DNA from: Amoebophrya sp. A120
Taxonomy: Eukaryota; Protista; Dinoflagellata
Direction of reading: 5' to 3'
DNA length: 64,000 nucleotides
Assembly: GCA_905178155.1 (NCBI GenBank)
Contig: CAJINV010000004.1
Coordinates: 1,588,573-1,652,572, forward strand
The notes beneath the pieces are model-generated. The model was not told where the DNA came from, made no database searches, and saw nothing but the letters and a program-made list of their open reading frames with translations. Numbering within the stretch: position 1 is the first letter of the stretch; the number at the start of each line of letters is the position of its first letter. The translations under genes were made by a program, and so were the position numbers. Below are positions 34,901-48,000 of this stretch, piece after piece.

Positions 34901-36929
34901 GGAGATGATGTTGAGCGCTAGGATTAGCCGCGACGTGGACCACACCTCCATGCCGCACTTTCCGCGCGGACACACGCAGCCGCTGTTGCGACGGCAAAGA
35001 CGGGAACTACAGAATCAACGGCGGTCTGATCCTGCCAGCTGCATCCTCGTGGACGATACCACTAATAAAGAAACCGGTCGCGCGCACACCCCGGTGGGAC
35101 CCACGTGCGACCCCTGTTGCGTGATGACGGTCGGGCGCGCGCGCGGGTTGGGGTGTTGCGAGCAGGGACTGTGCGAGCCGTGTCTGTGCGAGGACAACTG
35201 GAACCCGAAGCCGTTTTCCGCCGTGGAGCGCAACGTGTGCGACGGCCGCGTGCGAGCCTGCCTGCTGTGCTGCTGCGTGTCCTGCTACATCCCCTACCAC
35301 TGCGGCCCGGCCTGCGCCCTGCAGCCGGGCTGCGCAGAGGCCGCCGCAGCGGATTTCTGCGCAGAATCCCGTCGCACCGCTGCCGCGGCGAGGGCGGTGC
35401 GCGAGGGAATGGTCGGCGTCGGCGCGATATCAAACAGGAAAGTACTTACTGTTACACCCAGCTGTAGGCTTGGTGCCATATCAGAAGACTAAGTATTTGT
35501 CCTCGTGAAATTTTTGGCATCACAGACACAGTGCCTATTGTTTGTCCAGAAGCAGTTTATTTTTTGGCTTCATTTTTGATTTTGTCATTCGCTGTGGCTT
35601 CTCGCATTTGCGTTTTGCATGACCACAAATGAGCGTCTCCATATTTCTTTTCTCTGAATGACAGCGACGTGCGGCCACTTCAACATATACAAATTCGTAT
35701 TCGTTTTTTTCTGGTTGTACAACTATGTGGGTACTTTTCTCCATGATACGCTTCCTGCGGGGTCTGCTGTAGCCTGAAAATGTTGCGTGGCTACTGCAAC
35801 AAGGCTGCGGAGTTGCAGAAGGTACTGTATAATACTCTGATTTGCCTGTCGTGCGGCCGTTTTGTTCTGGACATGCATAGTGGGACGAGATCAAGGGAAG
35901 TTCTTATGTAATATTTTTGGAGCTTGTGAATCGCTACAATGCCCGCCATGATCATCATTCCCTGCTTTATTATTGCCACAGGCCTGGAATTTGCAGCTTC
36001 ACGAGGTGCCGCAGCACCACGGAGGACAGAGTAGTGTCGTGCACGGGTCGACGTCCCGAGCAGAAGTGACTTTGGTACAACAACAGCCGGGGACCACGAC
36101 TTCTACACCAGGTCGCGTGCTACTTACTCCTGGTACCACGTCTGCAACAGAAACTTCTACGACGCCTGGCGCTGCTCAACACGACGACAGCCACCACCTC
36201 TCTCGGTGCGACCACTGTTTCCGTGGCGTGTCGCTGACGTTCGCCGGGTATCAAATGTAAAAATGTCTGGGTCTGGAACAGTCATGCTGTTTTTGCATGA
36301 CACAGAAGGTCTGGCATGGAATATCTAGCATCACTGGTTTCGAGAAGCTTCCGCAATGCCGAATCCGCATGACACATCCCCCACTTTGGTGACAGAAACT
36401 GGGCAGCTTTTGCTACCTATGCATGAGAGATTTTTCTGTGTGCTGAAATGCGCATCACAAGTTTGTATTCTTCCAGACCCAGACATTTTTACAGTTGATA
36501 CCGGGTACTCGGAGGCGTGGGCCCGTGCCGCTGCGGGCGAGTATCATATGTAAAAGCGTCTTCGCCCGATAGTCAAGTTGGGAACTTAGCAACACAACTC
36601 CAGAAGTTTTGGGAGCCACGCATGACAAGTTGCAGTCCGTAGTGTAGTGCAGGTCGGCAACGGAGATCGCATCACAAATCTATCTGCTGATCCTGTTTTC
36701 AGCATTACAAATAACAAAACACGATTGAAAATGCCTTTCTTGGGTCAGCGCATTGCAAATGTTCCTATAGAATCGCAAATCGAAATCTGCATGACAACTC
36801 TGGGGTGGGGACATTTTTACACAGAATAACGAGGGCTGGTTGTTTCCGGATACCTGCAATCAGCTGCAGAAAGTGGAGGAGTTGGAAAGAGTCTGCGAAG
36901 AAATGAGGACCAAATGCAGGACTGTTTGA
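25972..36929 (+). CDS. Hypothetical Cys-rich protein interrupted by a 5.1-kb nested insertion; possible pseudogene
   Basis: ORFs 25972, 27329, 33974 and 34509 join through introner 27006-27340 and the duplicated peptide ESKDIITKTSNLSV (28934/34085). One extra C at about 34252-34255 shifts the frame. Phase-0 GT-AG intron 35442-35981, introners 36249 and 36542, stop at 36927-36929. Confidence 0.6.
27006..27340. mobile_element. Introner, family B (old, expanded by small insertions)
   Basis: TATCCTGAG...CTCAGGATA ends; decayed TSD AGTTG/AGAAC; element+5 removal joins ORFs 25972 and 27329 in frame. Confidence 0.82.
29935..30105. repeat. 33-bp minisatellite (x4 plus 2 shortened units)
   Basis: CAATACAGAAAAGAGACATGAAAAACATGTGTT repeated. 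Confidence 0.92.
30743..30961. mobile_element. Family A element nested in the 4.1-kb insert
   Basis: TSD ACTGA/ACTGA; 219 bp. Confidence 0.85.
31567..32119. repeat. Large imperfect palindrome with opposed 11-12-bp arrays
   Basis: 21-bp perfect inverted repeat AGAATACCATGCGGCACGCGC (31567) / 32099-32119; AAAGACTTTGAA array 31746-31790 opposed by TTTTCAAAGTCT array 31871-31950; centre TGGCCAATTTTGGCCA about 31840-31854. Confidence 0.8.
32833..32947. mobile_element. Miniature family A element nested in the 4.1-kb insert
   Basis: Family A TIRs, 115 bp; TSD decayed (AGAGT/AAAAT). Confidence 0.7.
33147..34083. mobile_element. Long-TSD insert Y3 (0.94 kb)
   Basis: Followed by a third, 42-bp target copy 34084-34125, after which the host frame resumes. 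Confidence 0.75.
36249..36500. mobile_element. Introner, family A
   Basis: TSD CCGGG/CCGGG. Confidence 0.93.
36542..36828. mobile_element. Introner, family B (diverged)
   Basis: TSD GCGAG/ACGAG. Confidence 0.88.
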
Positions 36930-39056
36930 GATGGAACGCATGAAGATCCTGGTGGAGAAGTTGGAACAACGCATATTAGAAGAAACCTGCGCCGTTGCCG
37001 GAGAATAGATGTAGTTCTCGACCCGGCGTGCGCGAACCTGCAATTTTGATGCATGAACGAAAGGTATTTTTGATTTTTTTGATGAATAAACATTTTTACA
37101 GCTGCTTGGGGACGATCTTGATCTAGATGTACTTACTCAGGCTCACCAAGAAAGAGGATCGGTCCACTACTTCGCGCCGGATCGATCTTCTGTCTTCTGC
37201 TGTTGACCTTTTTGCCGCCTGAGATTTTTGTCCATGAGATGAATGACTGGCGTTCAGAAACGTCTTCTCGTCTCAGATTGAATGAACAATGACAAAATGA
37301 CTAAATGAGCACATTATTTGAAACCACTGGTGACGCATGACACCTAGGGTTACGTTTTCTCTGTTACAGCTTGCTTTACACTTGTTTCATCAATACATTT
37401 CGCGAATTATTCTACTTGATTTCAACGTTTGACTAAACCTGTTTTCCTTTTCTGATGATCACAATTTCTATAGATCTGTATCTTACAACTTGACGCCAGT
37501 TTCCGTCCTCACTTGCAATTCTCTATTGTGTTGGTGACCTGCGGTAGGGGTGTAGGTAGTGTCAGCAGCACGACGATGAGGCGAAGACATCGAGTTATTG
37601 AAAGTATCACACTGGTGATCGACGCTAGGGCTAGCTAGCGCTAACTTTATTGCCATTTTGACAGCTAATGTTGACGACTTTGAAACTAGTATGCTGTAAA
37701 ATATTTCAAGCACCACGAGTCGTCTCATGAGTATCTATGTATGTATTATTTATGTATAGAAGATTTACTGATTTAGAACGGTGAAAATGAAATTGAATAT
37801 AGAAGAAGAAGCAAAGGGGAGAGAACAGCAGCAGCACGGAATTTTTTGCTTTGCCCAGAAACAAAAGTTTGAGGACAAATGGAAACAGATTTTGACGCCG
37901 GAAGCTACTACTACGCGGAGCGGGACCCGGAAACCGGAAACCGGAAACGCAGCTGCACCAGGTGCAATTGCTTCCCGTCTGGCCGCTTGTTTTGTTGTAG
38001 CCGATAGCGTTTTCGACGATGTGTTCTATGACGAAGTCAGGAGGTTGACGAATGTAGGCCGGATCAGATGCAAGAACCACACACGTGAAGAGCCTTTTGT
38101 ACTACTTATCGTCTAAATGTGGAGGACCTTGATGAAGTTCTTGGGTTCCTCTTTTTGTAGAAGCGATCTAAAGATCATCAATGTCAGTTATCCTCCTCGT
38201 GGAGTGCAGTTGATCTAGAAGATGGCTCAGCTCGATGCGATTGTATTCGCTTGTCATCTGTTGCGGTGACGGTTTGAATCGATCATTTCCACCGCTACAT
38301 GATAGATTTATTTGAACCAGTTTCCTTTCCACCGGTGCTGAAGATCCCCTTCCTGACATTGTTCAACGACCTAGCGCGGATCTTGCAGCGTTCTTTTTTT
38401 TCCGGTTTTCTCGTTCTCGATGAATGTCGCTGAGATTTTTTTTGTCGTGCTGAATGAATCAATTCTTGCTAAAATTTTTCGATCGTGTCCTCCGGGTCAG
38501 GTTCCGGTCGTGAAAATTTTTACATTGCAAGTGCAACGCAGTCCAGGTAGAGTTAGTTTTGGTATTCATTTTCATCGTCATTCCGTAAGCCTGTCGTTTT
38601 TTGCGTGTACTTTCTTACATTTTCACACACATTTTCACTTGACCTGGTCGTGTAGATCGAGCCGCGCAAGAACGTCCGTATGAATTCCGCTGCGTGCTGC
38701 TCGAGCCTGTGCACAGTTTGTATCTTGATATTTTTGCTGGACCTGCATATGTGTCTCCACTTAAACCTTACAACTTTGAGCTCGTGCATAAAATGAGAAT
38801 CATCAACACATAATGAGGGCTGTATCCGAGGCACAAGTATCTCCGAGTATTAGACGTACTTAATACGCTTTTTTCATCTGCGACGCTTTGTGTCGTCTCA
38901 GCGTCGATTCGTCTCGCGGCTCTGCGAATAAAGAAGAAGATCGAAGCGACTTTTGCGTCAACAAGAAGTGCTACGTCGATTTGGATTTTGCGGCTCCTGG
39001 TCTACGATTTCGCGGCTGGCCGGGGGCAATTTTGTCGAGAAATATATAAAAATAAA

Positions 39057-42000
39057 ATGCTTCGCAAGGCGGGACGATCAAGATGTCGGCGACAAGCGGT
39101 GAAGAACAAAAATATGCAGCGTCGGGGTGCTAGTGCTACTAGTGTCTTTGTCAACATTCTTATTGCAGCCTGTGCTGTAGTACTCCGAGCACGGTCAGCA
39201 GCACAGAACCTCGTCAAGGGGAAAATACTTCTGCGTGGTTCCCCTGCCGTGGTCAACTCCTCGTCTTCCACGGGCACAACCACATCACCAGCAGGAAACG
39301 AGAGCGATAGGCGTACACCTTCTACGAACAAGGCGAAGCTGCACATATCCTGGGCGACTCCGCTCGTGAGTGCAGCTTACGAGTCGTGTCCGTCGTGGTA
39401 CAGTGACCATGTGCTGCTGGGACCACTTTTCCGTATCGTTGGAGACGACGAGGAGAGCAAGACAGCGAAGGGTCAAATCTCCAAAGGTGAGCCAGCACTT
39501 AGTCAGGACGACGACGGCGGCTTTACCGATGAAGAAAGTTCCACTACAGGCACGAGCTCGGACGAGGATGACGAAACAATAGCGAGTCAGGAGGACGACG
39601 ACGAGGAACGTCATGATGGTCTACAGGGTCTACATGAAGGACACGACGGTGAAGCACGACGGAGCGGGATCGTGCATCAAATCGCGCAGTGTGGTAGTAG
39701 TTCTTGTACAACATCACACAATATCTTTAGTAACCCGGCCGGGATGGAGACTGTGACTGCATCGAGGGACGACGACGTCGACATGGATCATGGTGCTTCG
39801 CCTTCTATTTGCAGTCCAGAAAAGAAGATGAATTGTCCAAAATCCACCTCCCCGACAACGTACACCGGTTGTACTAGCCAGTCGTGTGCACGAATGTACT
39901 TCGGGAGTGCGACTACGCTTAGTACTCCTTGGATGAAAAGCGAGTCCGGGCAGCACGACCAGCTGCATCATGCTACTAGTAGTACACCAGGCGGCCACCT
40001 GCTATCGCCAAGCGACCTGGAGCAGCCGGAAGGAGAGCTTTCGCCCATGGTTTTCTCTTCTTGCTTTCTTAATGGAAAAAATAGCGAGCAACTTTTGGAC
40101 CAGGAGCTGGGTTGTCCTGCGCAGCTGAAGACCACGGGTGGGTGTAGAAGTAGTAGTTCATCTGCGTCGGCTGGAGCAGCAGGTCATTCCGAAGCACAAG
40201 CACTACGTAAAAGGACGAAGGCGAATTCTGATGACGCAGATGAGTCCTTGGTGTTAATACCAAGAGGAGGTGGCAGACCGGGAGTTGAAACATCAAAAGA
40301 TGAGGATCATTATACTACTTTGGCAAGGCGGCCGGGACGAGAGCGAGAGGGAGAACGAGTTCTGCTGCAGACATCGCGAGGTCGCGCACAGACGCCGTTT
40401 CGGCGACGGACAAATAAACTAGAGAGTCGAAAAATACGAGATGAGACCTCTAGCACCTCATGCGCAGGAGGGGCTCCTTGGGCAGGGGATACAGCGGCAG
40501 CTTCAATTAGTGGTATTGAACTTCATTCTGCTTCTGCGCCAGCAGATGAAGAAGTACTTCTAAGACCGTCTCCCGAAGAGGTAGGGGCGCATCAGGTCGG
40601 TGTCCGTGCCGCAAAAAGCTGCTCCACTAGGCCGCCGCCCTCTTCTTCGCGTCGTGTGCGCAGCAGGGAGGGCCGAGGAACTCAGAACAGAACTGCTGGA
40701 GGGCGCGTGGGGCCGCCGAAGTTGCCAGGAGCAGCAGCAGCTGCGCCGACAGCTAAAACTGGTTTGTCACAGGAGCGGCCAACCGGAGACATGGTTTCAC
40801 CCGTGGCGTCTGTAGCAGCCACCCACCAGCCGCGAGGAGGTGGAACACTTGCAGCTCCTGGGCAGCTTGCTTTATCAGAACCCCCAGGAAGTACATCTTC
40901 ACCAAAGAAGTTTGCCAAGCCGTCGAGCCAGGCGAAGAAAAACTTTCGGGCGGCGGTGAAGAAGGCCGAACAGAAATCGCGCAAGAAACTGGCGTATCAA
41001 ATGCAAAAATGTCTGGGTCTGGAAGAATGCAAGATTTGTCATGCGTATATCTCATGACCGATGATGCCTGTAATGCTTGACCTAGCATCGCAGACTTTTG
41101 GAAGGCTTCCTGAGGCACCTTCCGCATGAGAAATACCCTGTCAGTGTAGCAAATACTGTACCCCTCTTGCTGGTCATGCAATACAAATTTTTTTAGAATC
41201 CAAAGACAGCATGACAGGTTGCAATCTTCCACACCCGGACACTTTTGCAGTTGATATGGCCAAGCAGCAGTCGGAGGACCTGGAACTCGAGCGCGCGCGG
41301 CGAACCAACACCAAGAGACTGCGGCGGGCCTGTCGCATGGCGCTGGTGAGTTTCGCGTGTCTAGGCGCGGAGCCCTTCCTCTTGCCCCTCAGGTTCGACC
41401 CGAGTAAAACCGAGCAGCCAAGCAGCGACACGACGAGACCGACATCGGGCAGTAGTACTAGTACCGATAGCGCTCCTGCATCAGGAGTCGTGTCCTGGTT
41501 CAATGCCCTAGTATCTTCTGTGGTTCAACAACCTTTTTCATCATCACCCGGCAGCACCAGTTACTTCGGCCGGCCGGCTGATAGTGTCGTGTCCATGTGG
41601 ACGCCTGACATCGACGCCCTGCTGTGCACGCACCAGTTTTTGCGGGAGTGGTACGCGTATCAAATGCAAAAATGTCTGGGTCTGGAAGGATGCAACTTGT
41701 GATGCGCATTTCACAACACACAAAAATCTCTCATGCATAGGTAGCAAAAGCTGCCCACTTTCTGTCACCAAAATGGGGGATTTGTCATGCTGATTTGGCA
41801 TTGCGGAAGCTTCTCGAAGCCTGTGATGCTAGAGCTTCCATGCCAGACCTTCTGTGTCATGCAAAAACAGCATGACTCTTCCAGACCCAGACACTTTTAC
41901 ATTTCATAACGCGCAGGATCCGAACGCGGTCCGGTTGTCTATCGCCGGCGCCGCGCCCTTGGGACGGATCTACTGCCGGACTGCCAACACAGCTAGCTCG

Positions 42001-45000
42001 CCAGAGGAGAAGCGGTCGCGGTTAAAGAACTTGCGGGCCGCGCTGAAAATGAGTGCGGCCAGGGGTGGAACAGAAGTGGGCGGCGGAGAGGAAGGCGCAA
42101 CGGGGTCGTGGAACACGTTTTCCCGGGGGGAAATCCGTCCGCAACTCCAGCGCCGGAGACTGTTGGACCTGCCGGAAATGAGCTTGCTGCTTGCGAAAGA
42201 GGCGGACGTGCAGGCAGAAAAGAAGCGCTTGGTGGAGATTAGAAGGAAGAAGGAGCAGAACAAAGCGAGGTCGCTTCTCAAGGCGAAGCAGCAAGAACAA
42301 AACCTTCAAAATGCTGGTCAAGAAGGAATAAAAGAAGGAACGGGTTGGATGAGCAGAGAGGATCTCAAAGCAACGGCAAAGTCCTCGTACGACATTCACC
42401 AACAGGAAAAAATCAATAAGCGAGCCGCTGCCAGAGCAAATCGTGTAAGAACCGAAAAAGCGAAAAATTCCGCAGACGCTGCAGCGTCATCAACATCATC
42501 AACGAAGAGCACGACGACCAAGTCTTCTGCCGGTGGGGGTTCATTTTCGTTTGCTGAATTTCTGGAAGACGAGAAGTTCCGCTACCCGGAGGACGCGTCT
42601 TTGTTCGGCATGCACATCCCGAAATACGGACAAGTAGTCAACCCCGAAGTGGTCTCCGTCGGACTGCCGGTCATCGTGCGGTTCAAGCACGATGTCGACG
42701 AAAACTTGGAAGCCGTGGTATCAGAATGAAAAAACCCCCCTCCCCATATCAAAACGAAGTTTCTGATGCTGTGTTTGCGTACACAAATTGCCTTGCTGGC
42801 GAGGACTGCAGGCCCATATCAAGCCTGAGAAGACAGGTTTTGGCCTAGGCGCGTAGCATGACAGACTTCTACGCTGTAGGAACATAAGCATGACAAGCCG
42901 CCTGTAGGATGCGGCGGAGCCTGTGGAGTTGCCTTCATGCAACACAGAGACGACCTGTGGTCACAAATCAGCAACGCAAATCTTCGAGCACGTAGCTTGT
43001 CAATATGGGGAGGGGGGATTTTTCCTTTTGATATGTGGCCCACAACAAGGGCCGGGAGATCTCGCCGACCACCGTTCCGCCGGGCACTTACGTCTACTTG
43101 GATTGGATCCCGACCAGAGCCATACAGCCACTAGACGGAAACAGGAACAATGATCAGCACGACGAGCAGGGTCGTGATCCTCGCGGGGGAGGGAAAATGG
43201 AAAAGAACAGCATTTTTCCCAAGAGGGTATCAACTCCACTGGGCGACGAGTCCGAATCCGCTGCCGCTGAATCAACACCGCGTGGTCGTTCATCAGGAAT
43301 AAACGAGGCTGATGCAGTAGAAGTCGACGATGACCACATGGGCGAGGAGGAGGACGCCGAGAATTCTTTTCCCGACGATCCCTATGAAGATTTGAAAGAG
43401 GAAGTGGCTTTAGCAGGTGCTGGCGCAAGAACATCTTTTCCCGCGGGGGAAGGAGGAAGCCCAGCACGGCCTGGGGCCCGCGGAGGGCGAGAAAATCGTC
43501 CTGGTGTTTCAGTAGAGAAAAGAGCAGGCGAGCTTGAGGCACTTGTTGGCGCGAGGCAGCGAACAAGAGATTTGGACGAGCATGAAGATGCGAGGGAACC
43601 TCCAATCGCAACCGCATCATCAACTGCGGTACCAGCTTCCGGTGAAGATCATCCGTCAGTCGCCGAAATCTCGGCGGGGTTGAGGAGTCTGCAGCTGTTT
43701 GACTCGCACGACATTGATAGTAGTTCGTCGAAGAACGAAACTTGCGGTCTGTTGGAAGATACCCAAAAGAGCGACGCGCGAAAGCACGTCGAGAAAGCTG
43801 CAGATGAAGATGATGCGAACAAGAGTTATCTGAGGCAAAACGAAGACCACGACCACGGCACGGCTGCCGCTGGTGAGAAACTTTCTTCGCAAGATGCACG
43901 TAGAACTGCAAGAAATGGGCAACATCACCAAGGCCATAGTCCGTCTAGTGAATCTGTTCGGCAACACAACCAGGAAGTCCACCCCAGAACAAGAAGTCCC
44001 CCGCCGCGACCGCCCGTCGAGCGTTGCGTCTACTTGGACCAGCTGTGTCCGACCGACGGACCGCTCACGGAGACGTGCGTCAGAAACTTGTATCCCACAG
44101 AAAAAGACAGGCAGGTCAGATTTGTAATGCAAAAAAAGAAAGATACACAGAAGAACTTGTCTTGGGCGGCCCCATAGCATGCTGTTTAGGTAGGATGTAC
44201 AATACAGATTTTTTGGTGTATTTATTTTTGCATTACAAATCTGACCTGCCTGCTTTTTTCTGTGTGATAACTTGGCCCAGTTGCTCACGGACACAGAGAA
44301 CCCGGAAATATCGAAAGTGACGATGCGGACGTTGACACAGCACAGTGGAGACGACGATGAAAAGAAAGACAAGCACGAAGAAGTAGATCCAGATCCTTCC
44401 TTCGTAATAGCGCAGATGAAAATCTCCATTGCCGACCCTGTCGTCGAGTCCATCGTCCAGCTTGCATCGGAGGCCTCGAAGCAGGCTTTAGCGGATGCGC
44501 TGCGCAGCGAGTACGGAGTGGAGGCGTGGAGGAACAAAAAATCGGATTACGGCTCCGTCTGCTTCCAACCCTCGGTGCTCCGGACCATTTTCAACGGGAT
44601 CTCTTTTGCGCATTGCACGCCGCGCCTGTCTCTGGCGAATGCTCTGCGGTATGCGCAGGTCACGGAAGTTCCGTTCAAAGTCGTGAAGGAGCGCGAGCGG
44701 CGGGTTTTTACTTCGCCCGGTCGTGGGGACGAACAAAACGACAAAGTGAACAAAAATCATGCTGAAGAAGCAGGACGAGATAAAGAAAAAGAAAGACAAA
44801 CAAAAGCGTTACCCCCGTCCTCCGAGACCTTTCGCGTCTTGTTGCACAAGTTCGGCATCACTGACTACGGGTACGAGAAATGGAAGCGGGAGAAATTGGA
44901 AAATTTTTTTCGTAGAAGTAGTTCAACAGCAGAACAAATACATCCTCAACGGCCCGGCAAGAAGATGAACAGCGAGGAGAGTAGTAGAAACAGCCACAAG

Positions 45001-48000
45001 AACACGACAGATGTTGAGCCTAGTAGACCACATGATCAAGGAGCACGACGAGCCGCCGGGCGAAGCAAGGCTGCGCCTGTTTCTTCATCTGCGATGCAGC
45101 AGGACGCCAAAAATACGAGGAAGAGGGAGCAGGAGCGAAAAGAAATGAATGACGTGGAGGCCGAATATCAACGCCGTCCCAACAGTGTGGAAGATGAACT
45201 ACTGCAAGAAAGAGTAGAGTTGTCGTCTTTAGAGGACGCCGCCGCGCTGGGCCCGAGTGTGGTCCTGTACCCGGACTATTTGCAAAAACACATCGGGCCG
45301 TTGTGGGTGGATGCGCTTACGGCCGACGGGGTAGAAGATGCAGATCAGAACAGGAGCCACTTCCTAGTGTTACGAGAGCAGCCAGTGGATTTCGCAGCAG
45401 GAGGCGATGAACCTCCGCGCAGTAAAAATAAACCAAATAAAGCAAAAATCCACGTTGGGCCTGTGAAACCGACCGTGTACCATTTGCAAGACAGCGCGGT
45501 GCGCACCGACTACGACGGCCTATCCCTGGCGAGCGAGACTTTGGTCATGTCCTCAGCTGGCGGCGGGACGAGGAGGATTGGTGCGTCTAGTAGTACATCT
45601 TCCCGTGCTAGTTCCTCATCTTCTCCTGCGGCACCTTCACGGCCGAGTACTCGCAGCCCGGTTGAAACTGCGATGAATTGGATAGCAGCCAAGACGCAGA
45701 AAGCTTTGGGGGATTTGGACCGCGCATTTTCCGAAAAGAATGGATTGGACCACTCGCGATTCAATTTATTCAAGGAGGAGAAAATGTCGAAAACGCCAGA
45801 AGCAGAAGTACGCGACGACAAAGGCAGTATGGAAGTGGGATCAAATAAAGAAGTAGAGATGAGATTAAAGCAGCATCCGTACAACCTGCTGGAGCGCACG
45901 GGCCGTGGAACTACTGCACATCATGATGCGAGTACTGGTGCAGGAGCGCATGGTCATGAGGGGCCAGCACGTAGCGAAAGCGAAAAAACCTCCTTCTATT
46001 CACGGCAGGACCAGTTGTACCAGACTGCACCATCTCCAGAACAACAACAACAAGAAGAAGTAGACCTCCGGGCCGAGACTGAGGCGAGCAGCCGGCAGTT
46101 CGAGGGAGTGCTGGGGTTTCGCGAGGGGCTGCTGTCGGGTGCCGCGAAGGCGGTTGCGGTGGATGCGAGAAGAAAAGCGATGTACAAAAACAACTACGGC
46201 ACCGGGAGGTCCTCTGGTGACGGTGAGTACGGGATCATGAGTTCTGACGCGAAAGCAGAAATAAAACGGGATGAAGAATATCAAAAACGAAACGCCACCT
46301 CCTCGACGACGACCTCAAAAGCGCGGAAGGAAGATGGTAAGAACATGAACAATCTTAAAAACGGCGACAGCATCAAGAAGAAGAAAAGCGGCGTAGTTGT
46401 GCCACTCTCCGAGGCGGAGACCCAATTGCTCCGCGTACTGCTACTGCAAGAAGTAGAAGAGCAAAGATATGAGAATGACAACGCTGAAGGACCACGAGCA
46501 GGGGGTCCACCACCTGCTGCAGCAACAGGGTCAAGTGGCAAGCAAAAAACGAAAGAAAGTGTGCGTCCTGCGTGGAAGCAAGACCTGGCCTACCGGTGGC
46601 GATTTGAAATGGAAGAGCGCATGTTTGTGTCCGACTTTTCGGAGGTCAGCGGCGGCGACGCCGTCTGGAGCTTCCTGGCCTTATCCTCAGTAAAAATGTC
46701 CCCACGCCAGAGTTGTCATGCAGATTTGCAACGACAGGGACATCTGTGATGCGCATACCCATGGTAGACATTTCCAATCGTGTTTTGGAATTTGTGATGC
46801 TGTGAACAGGATAAGCAGATGGATCTGTGATGCGGCTGCACTTGCTAACTTGCACTACACTACGGAGCGCAACTTGTCATGCGTGACTCCCAAAACTCCT
46901 ACGTTTGTGTTGCAAAATCCCCATCTCGACTACGGGGTTGGGACGTTTTTACATAGGATAGGCCTCGGTGGAGATTTACGCGAAGCTCGTCAGTGAGTCC
47001 CTTGCCATGCGCCGGGAACTGATGCGCACCGGGCGGATCAGGTCGACGTCCTTTTCGTCATCTTCTGCATCTTCATCGAGGCAAGAAGATGAAAAATCTT
47101 CCGAGAAGAAGAACATGAACAAGCAAGAAGTGCTGGATCACGACATGATTTTCGAGCAAGCCACGCAGTCCGTCCAACTGGCACAGGTATTCGCGGAGGT
47201 GCTGCAGAACCATAACCACGCCGTCTGTCAGCGGGTGGGCCACACCAGTTTGCGAGTGGAGAACATCACCGCCGTGCCGGAAGTCCCTGTTGGAAGTGCA
47301 GCTGGTGGTGGTAAAAATGCTACGGACCGCAGGGAGACATCTTCGTCGGGCCGGGAAATGAATGCGAGAGGGAACAAGAATAAACCTGCAGCAGTCGAAG
47401 AAGAGGTGAAGAGCCGAAATGATCGTGACGAGGTTCATCTTAAAGATGCTGAAACCGGTTCCTCGGACAAGCCCCAGCTGGAGCAGCAGCAGCAGGAAAA
47501 GGAGCTGTATCACGAGTGGCTTTCCGTGTGGACTGCCGAGGCGGTGGGGGCGAAGCTGTTTCTTATCAACGTCAACACAGGCGATGCGATTGACGCGGAC
47601 ACTGGGGAAGTCGTGAAAAACCAAGACTGTATGGCCGCGGAAACGAAGAAATTCCGGCGCGGCAAAACGCGGGCTGGCTTTGGTGCTTCTGCGGATGATG
47701 TTGAACTTGAAGTTGAAAGTAAAAGCATGGAAGTAGTCGACTTCGAAGCAGGACCACGAGAGGACCAAGAGCAACATCAGCAGGACCACGACCTTCATGA
47801 TCAAAATTCCCAGCACGACAGCAACGACGATGACCACCAGAGAAAGTCTGCCCAAGATGAAGTAAAACAAGAGGAAGTCCTTTCGGATCTGTACTTTCGC
47901 ATCAGTGGCAACTCCTGCTTGGATACGCACTGGAAAGCGAGCAAAGCGGAAGCAGGGTACGTCCCGGGAGTGCGCCCCACTTTGCTCGAAAGACAGAAGC

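Noticed and set aside
37000-38980. Possible small gene in the spacer (ORFs 37706-38116)
   Set aside because: Short, no motifs, and no consistent exon structure found.
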